The position numbers and the translations under genes were made by a program. From NCBI GenBank assembly GCA_964589445.1, contig CAZPQX010000004.1, positions 17,632-81,631 on the forward strand: a stretch of 64,000 nucleotides of DNA, written 5' to 3'. Positions 57,815 through 64,000 of the stretch are shown here, in pieces (the first letter of the stretch is position 1; each line of letters begins with the position of its first letter). The notes beneath the pieces are model-generated. The model had not been told where the DNA came from and did not search any database. It was given only the letters and a program-made list of their open reading frames with translations. The stretch is from an uncultured Candidatus Saccharibacteria bacterium. Its GTDB lineage: Bacteria; Patescibacteriota; Minisyncoccia; Phycocordibacterales; WO2-35-19.

Positions 57815-57846
57815 AACAAAAAACCGCCTCAGGGCGGTTTTTTGTT
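57815..57846 (+). terminator. intrinsic terminator
   Basis: AACAAAAAACCGCC/GGCGGTTTTTTGTT. Confidence 0.85.
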
Positions 57847-57898
57847 TGCTTGTGTAAAACTTTTTACATAATTTGTAAGGTTTTGATATTATTTATTT

Positions 57899-59245
57899 AT
57901 GATTAAATTTTTCAATAAGAATTTTTTTAAATTTTCCTTAGGTTTTCTCGCTATAATTTTAACAAGCCTCCTATTTATGGTGGCGGTTTCCGCTTATGCT
58001 GCGACTGTCTCTAAAATATCTTTCACCTCCGAAGAGAGGAGTGTGGCAATAAACCAAATATCGGAAGCACTCACTTTTCAAACTCAAGATTCATCAGGCA
58101 CTTCAATTCAAACTCCAGAGACTCTAGACCTGGAGTTTTTTTCTACATCACCAACAGGCGAGTTTGTAAGTTCGACCGGAGCTGCTGCCACCAAGACTAT
58201 GAACAAAAATACCTCAAACAGGACCTTTTATTATAGAGATTCTACAAGTGGGTCTTTTACTTTGAGGGTTAAGGCCACTGGCAGGGATAGTGGTCAGTCT
58301 TTTGAAGCAAGCCAGAAGATATCTGTAGGAGATGGCACCTCATTAACTGAGGGTAATGTTTTGGGAGTTTCTACCAATAGCAATGAACAACAAAACTCAA
58401 CCCTCTCTGCGACGTCTGGTGCCTCCTCTCCCTCTTATTCAACCCAAGATACAAAACTTGAGGTTTCGGCTGGGCAAGACAGGCTTACATCGATCGGAAG
58501 TCCAATAAACTTCCAGGCTCAGATAAAGAAAAATACATCGGCCAATAGCTCGGTAAAATTCAGTTGGTCTTTTGGTGATGGACATGTAGGTGAAGGCCCG
58601 CTTGTTAATCATATTTACAAATATCCAGGCGAATATGCACTTGTCCTAAATGCAATTTCTGGGAATACTTTTGCTTCTAGTAGGCTCAAGGTTTTAGTGA
58701 TAGATCCAGAAATTTCTATTTTTGATAAAGGAGAACATGTTGAAATACTAAATAATTCAAAGTACGAGATTAATTTATTTAAATGGAAAATTGTGAGTGA
58801 CAATAAAGGCTTTATTTTTCAACCAGATACTATAATTTTCCCAAAATCAAAAATAAAATTGGATAAAAACTTTTTTACTATGAGGGGAGAAGATAGCTCA
58901 GGTATTGTTTTAAAAAATTCTATTGGTGACGTGATCGCACACTCTTCTTCTTTAAAGGAGATGGAAAAAATGAAGCAGGAATTAGAGGATGCCAAGGTAG
59001 AGGTTTCAAAAATAATTGATTTGGCTGTTGCTATAGGTGCTGTTAGAGAGCTTCGTCCGCAAGTTTCCCTAAAAGAAACTGTACTCAATAAGATAGAGGG
59101 AGAAAAAATAGCGGTAGATACCGGGAAGACCGACGTACTTGACCAAGACGTTTCTAGTACTAGTTCTGAAATTATATATGAAGCAGAGCAGACGGGGCTT
59201 GTTTATAAGTTGACAAATTTCATAAAAAGGTTATTTTATGAGTAA
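57899..59245 (+). CDS. secreted PKD-domain protein
   Basis: WSFGDG...HIYKYPGEY PKD signature; signal peptide. Confidence 0.8.
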   Translation: MIKFFNKNFFKFSLGFLAIILTSLLFMVAVSAYAATVSKISFTSEERSVAINQISEALTFQTQDSSGTSIQTPETLDLEFFSTSPTGEFVSSTGAAATKTMNKNTSNRTFYYRDSTSGSFTLRVKATGRDSGQSFEASQKISVGDGTSLTEGNVLGVSTNSNEQQNSTLSATSGASSPSYSTQDTKLEVSAGQDRLTSIGSPINFQAQIKKNTSANSSVKFSWSFGDGHVGEGPLVNHIYKYPGEYALVLNAISGNTFASSRLKVLVIDPEISIFDKGEHVEILNNSKYEINLFKWKIVSDNKGFIFQPDTIIFPKSKIKLDKNFFTMRGEDSSGIVLKNSIGDVIAHSSSLKEMEKMKQELEDAKVEVSKIIDLAVAIGAVRELRPQVSLKETVLNKIEGEKIAVDTGKTDVLDQDVSSTSSEIIYEAEQTGLVYKLTNFIKRLFYE

Positions 59246-59338
59246 CGGCTTCAAAGACTGTGGGTTGGGGATCTCAAGATTTATCTAGGAGTGCCCATAA
59301 ATCCTGCATAGGAGTTTATCTCAATTGTTGCTGCCGTT
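59244..59338 (+). promoter_or_regulatory. ribosomal protein L10 leader (autoregulatory RNA)
   Basis: AAAGACTGTGGG...TAAAT-CCTGCATAGG resembles the L10-leader motif; closed by AACGGC/GCCGTT; upstream of rplJ. Confidence 0.65.
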
Positions 59339-59392
59339 TGGTCGAAATTTAACCAGTTTTTAGGTATGTGCTTAGCATATGCCACAAAATTT

Positions 59393-59881
59393 ATGGCTAT
59401 TACAAAAGAAAAGAAACAAAGTATAATCTCGAAACTCGAGGATGTGCTTAAGACTTCAAAGTCTGTGGTTTTTGTAAACTTCAATAAACTTCTAGTTAAG
59501 GACGTTTCTGAAATAAGAAGGTCTCTAAAAAAAGAAGGTGTTGGATATACAGTAGCCAAGAAAACTCTTGTAAAAAGAGTGTTTGGTAATTCTTCCACAA
59601 AGGGTGAGATTCCTTCTCTTGAAGGAGAGCTCGCTATTGCTTACGGAGAAGATCCACTTTCTGCATCAAGAGAAATACTTGGTTTCCAGAAAAAGTTAGA
59701 TGGGAAGGTGAACATTGTTGGGGGTATCTATGATGGTGAATACAAAACTAAGGAGGAAATGTTGGTAATCGCTTCGATTCCTTCTATACAAGTACTTCGT
59801 GGTATGTTTGTAAATATCATCAACTCTCCTATACAGAGATTTGCTATCGCTCTAAACCAGATAGCTGAGAAAAAGGTCTAA
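59393..59881 (+). CDS. rplJ: 50S ribosomal protein L10
   Basis: [20 protein letters not shown]; precedes rplL. Confidence 0.95.
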   Translation: MAITKEKKQSIISKLEDVLKTSKSVVFVNFNKLLVKDVSEIRRSLKKEGVGYTVAKKTLVKRVFGNSSTKGEIPSLEGELAIAYGEDPLSASREILGFQKKLDGKVNIVGGIYDGEYKTKEEMLVIASIPSIQVLRGMFVNIINSPIQRFAIALNQIAEKKV

Positions 59882-59907
59882 TAAAATTAATAATTAAATT
59901 TAAAAAT

Positions 59908-60324
59908 ATGTCAGAAGAAACAAATATTCCTGCAGCTACAGAAACAGTAGAAGTACCTGCTAAATTCGCAAAGATAGTTGAAGAAATAGAAAAGATGTCA
60001 GTGCTTGATCTTAATGAACTTGTAAAAGTTTTTGAAAAGAAGTTTGGTGTGTCAGCTACAGCTGTGGCTGCTGCTGGGCCTGCAGCTAGCGGTGCAGCTG
60101 CTGCAGAAGAGAAATCTTCATTCGTAGTGGAGCTCACAGATGGTGGTGCAACCAAGATTGCGGTTATAAAGGTTGTTAAGGAAGCTCTTGCTCTAGGTCT
60201 CAAGGATGCTAAAGACAAGGTAGACGCTGCTCCTTCTGTGCTTTCTGAAAGCATGAAGAAAGAGGAGGCAGAAGCTCTCAAAGCTGCTATCGAGGCAGCA
60301 GGAGGAAAAGTGACATTGAAGTAA
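59908..60324 (+). CDS. rplL: 50S ribosomal protein L7/L12
   Basis: [33 protein letters not shown]. Confidence 0.98.
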   Translation: MSEETNIPAATETVEVPAKFAKIVEEIEKMSVLDLNELVKVFEKKFGVSATAVAAAGPAASGAAAAEEKSSFVVELTDGGATKIAVIKVVKEALALGLKDAKDKVDAAPSVLSESMKKEEAEALKAAIEAAGGKVTLK

Positions 60325-60343
60325 ATCTTTTTATTGTAAAAGG

Positions 60344-60384
60344 AAAAATCAAAAAATCCCTTCACGGGATTTTTTGATTTTTTT
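60344..60384 (+). terminator. intrinsic terminator
   Basis: AAAAATCAAAAAATCCC/GGGATTTTTTGATTTTT. Confidence 0.8.
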
Positions 60385-60400
60385 CATGTTTGGTAATAGA

Positions 60401-61027
60401 ATGCCAAAGATGAATGTATTAGAAAACTTATTTGGCCTGGGGACGAGAGTTAAACTCATAAAACTTTTTCTTATGAATCCAGACTCTGTTTTTGATGCGC
60501 AGGAAGTTTCGGAAAGGCTTTCTATTTCTCCTGTAGTGGCTAAAAAAGAAATACATGACTTACAAAAAACTGGGTTCATAAGAGATAAGTCTCATTTAAA
60601 GGAATTTAAGAAGCAGAAGGATAGGACAATAGTTTTGTCTAAAAAGCGTGTGGATGGCTGGATCTTAGACAAGAGTTTCCCTTATCTCGAACCACTCGAA
60701 TCTTTTATTTCAAACGTAAACCCATTTAAAAATAGGGAAACTGTAGACAGGATACTCCGCACCGGCAAGATACACCTCCTCCTTATTTCTGGAGTTTTTA
60801 TAAAATATGAAGATGCGAGGGTTGACCTCCTTGTTGTAGGTGATGATATAAAAAATCACCAAATCGAAAATGTGATAAAAGAAATAGAGGCTGAAATTGG
60901 TAGAGAAATAAAATACGTTGTTTTTGACACCTCTGAATTCAAATATAGACATTCTCTTTTTGATAAACTCGTGATGGATATCATTGAATTTCCTCATGAA
61001 AAAATAATAAATAAGCTCGGTATTTAG
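60401..61027 (+). CDS. HTH + nucleotidyltransferase-like fold protein
   Basis: LFG..TRVKL..LF N-terminal HTH; SGVF...VDLLVVGD...E.EIGREI C-terminus. Confidence 0.7.
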   Translation: MPKMNVLENLFGLGTRVKLIKLFLMNPDSVFDAQEVSERLSISPVVAKKEIHDLQKTGFIRDKSHLKEFKKQKDRTIVLSKKRVDGWILDKSFPYLEPLESFISNVNPFKNRETVDRILRTGKIHLLLISGVFIKYEDARVDLLVVGDDIKNHQIENVIKEIEAEIGREIKYVVFDTSEFKYRHSLFDKLVMDIIEFPHEKIINKLGI

Positions 61028-61138
61028 GCTTTTTGATCGTAAACTCGATAAAGGGGATATCCACAAAGTATGTTGTAAAAACCCTTGTTCGATGTATATT
61101 TTATTGTGTAATTACAAGTTTTTAATATTAGTAAATTT

Positions 61139-61825
61139 ATGACAATAAGTACTTGGAGCGAAGTTTTGACACTTTCTTTCCAGAATCTGTGGTATGGCGT
61201 GGTTGGTTTCGTGCCAAATCTGCTCGCTGCTGCAGTAATAGTTTTTGTTGGTTGGGGTATAGGAGCTATATTTGGTAGGGTAGTGTCTCAGATAATAAAG
61301 TCTATAAAAGTAGACGATATGCTAAGAAGGGCTGGTGTTGAAGACTTTCTAAATAAGGGAGGCCTCGAACTTAATTCGGGTGACTTCTTGGGAGCACTTG
61401 TGAAGTGGTTTGTAATGTTGGTGTTCCTTATCGGCGCTTTTGAGATTTTGAAACTAAATCAAGTAACAGCATTTCTCCGAGATATACTCGACTACTTGCC
61501 ACAGGTTATAGTAGCTGTGATTATACTTATCGCTGCTGGTATGGTAGCTGATGTTATGAAGAGAGTTGTGCAGTCATCAGCTATGACAGCAGGTGTTTCT
61601 TCTTCAGGATTTTTGGCCACTATTACTAAGTGGGTCATATGGGTATTTGCAATACTTGTAGCACTCTCTCAACTTGGTATAGCTTCTGCTTTTATCCAGA
61701 CAATATTTACAGGACTCATAGTTGCATTGTCTCTTGGCCTAGGTCTTGCTTTTGGTCTCGGTGGTCAAGAAGCTGCCTCTAAATTGATTGAAAAGGTGGG
61801 CAAAGAAATTTCTGATAAAAGATAA
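61139..61825 (+). CDS. conserved TM-helix repeat protein (MscS-associated type)
   Basis: Twice-repeated (F/Y)(V/L)P...A..I helices; LAFGLGG motif. Confidence 0.8.
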   Translation: MTISTWSEVLTLSFQNLWYGVVGFVPNLLAAAVIVFVGWGIGAIFGRVVSQIIKSIKVDDMLRRAGVEDFLNKGGLELNSGDFLGALVKWFVMLVFLIGAFEILKLNQVTAFLRDILDYLPQVIVAVIILIAAGMVADVMKRVVQSSAMTAGVSSSGFLATITKWVIWVFAILVALSQLGIASAFIQTIFTGLIVALSLGLGLAFGLGGQEAASKLIEKVGKEISDKR

Positions 61826-61857
61826 ATTAGTCACTCGTTTCTAAAATTAGAATACCT

Positions 61858-61887
61858 AAAAAACCGCTTTAAATTAAGCGGTTTTTT
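61858..61887 (+). terminator. intrinsic terminator
   Basis: AAAAAACCGCTT/AAGCGGTTTTTT. Confidence 0.8.
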
Positions 61888-61947
61888 GGAGTTTGAGTCC
61901 ATATTCCACTATCCCCAGGATCTCCACATAGAAATTTCATAGTAAGT

Positions 61948-61975
61948 TTGACAGTTTAAATTCGGCGTGTATACT
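61948..61975 (+). promoter_or_regulatory. rRNA-type promoter
   Basis: TTGACA, 16 bp, TATACT with AT-rich upstream sequence. Confidence 0.7.
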
Positions 61976-62423
61976 TATGGCACATGTTTATAAGGTTTAA
62001 CTTTAAGAAGCGTTAAAGAGGGTAAAGACCCTTTATGCCTTTGCGGGCAACGCTTCCGAAAGGAAGCTTTTTTGTTTCGTTTCTGGATCGCCGAGAGACC
62101 TGCAATAAATGCTAGTTTCCCGGCGGTAGAGAAGATTTCAAGTTCGGAATGAGAGAATTTTGACAAATAAAAGCCACTGCAACATCGCTTTTCGATAGAC
62201 TTTGTTCTCTAAGGGTTAGCCCTAAGTGAGCGGAGCGAGTCGGAGGGGTCTTTGTTTGTTGTAAGTGGACAAAATCCCGTGACCTTTAATTTATTAAAGA
62301 TTTTACGGGAGTAAGGTAAGGTCCTATGCTGTTCAACACAGCGATAGGACAAATTGCCTTTTAAGTTTGGTCTTAAAAGGCAGGATAGAATGATGAATTT
62401 TCCTTTGCCGCCAATAGGGTAGG

Positions 62424-64000
<1,577 letters not shown>

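Overview
Chromosomal origin region of an AT-rich, small-genome bacterium. Gene content and style point to Patescibacteria/CPR (Parcubacteria-like, standard code 11): short YebC, alpha2-type GlyRS, pilM/N/O-like cluster without a secretin, many Cys/Thr-rich secreted proteins. It holds yidC-rnpA-rpmH / dnaA-oriC-dnaN, many housekeeping genes, three tRNAs, a surface-protein cluster with a GC-rich subtilase, an S-layer-like gene and the 5' part of a 23S rRNA with no 16S in front. The main find is a set of small hairpin DNA elements inserted in frame inside intact housekeeping genes. One 98-bp element occurs twice (a TrmH-family gene and mutM, 9 mismatches, same frame, locus-specific terminal arms), and two unrelated hairpins sit in murE and tatD. 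Structurally similar inserts lie next to tRNA-Arg and inside the 23S rRNA. Also notable: a promoter-driven 6S-like RNA candidate, an unannotated 37-aa acidic microprotein, a subtilase with an Asp/Gly swap in its triad motifs, and IleRS with an inserted histidine-phosphatase domain. All calls are by eye; no database searches were run.
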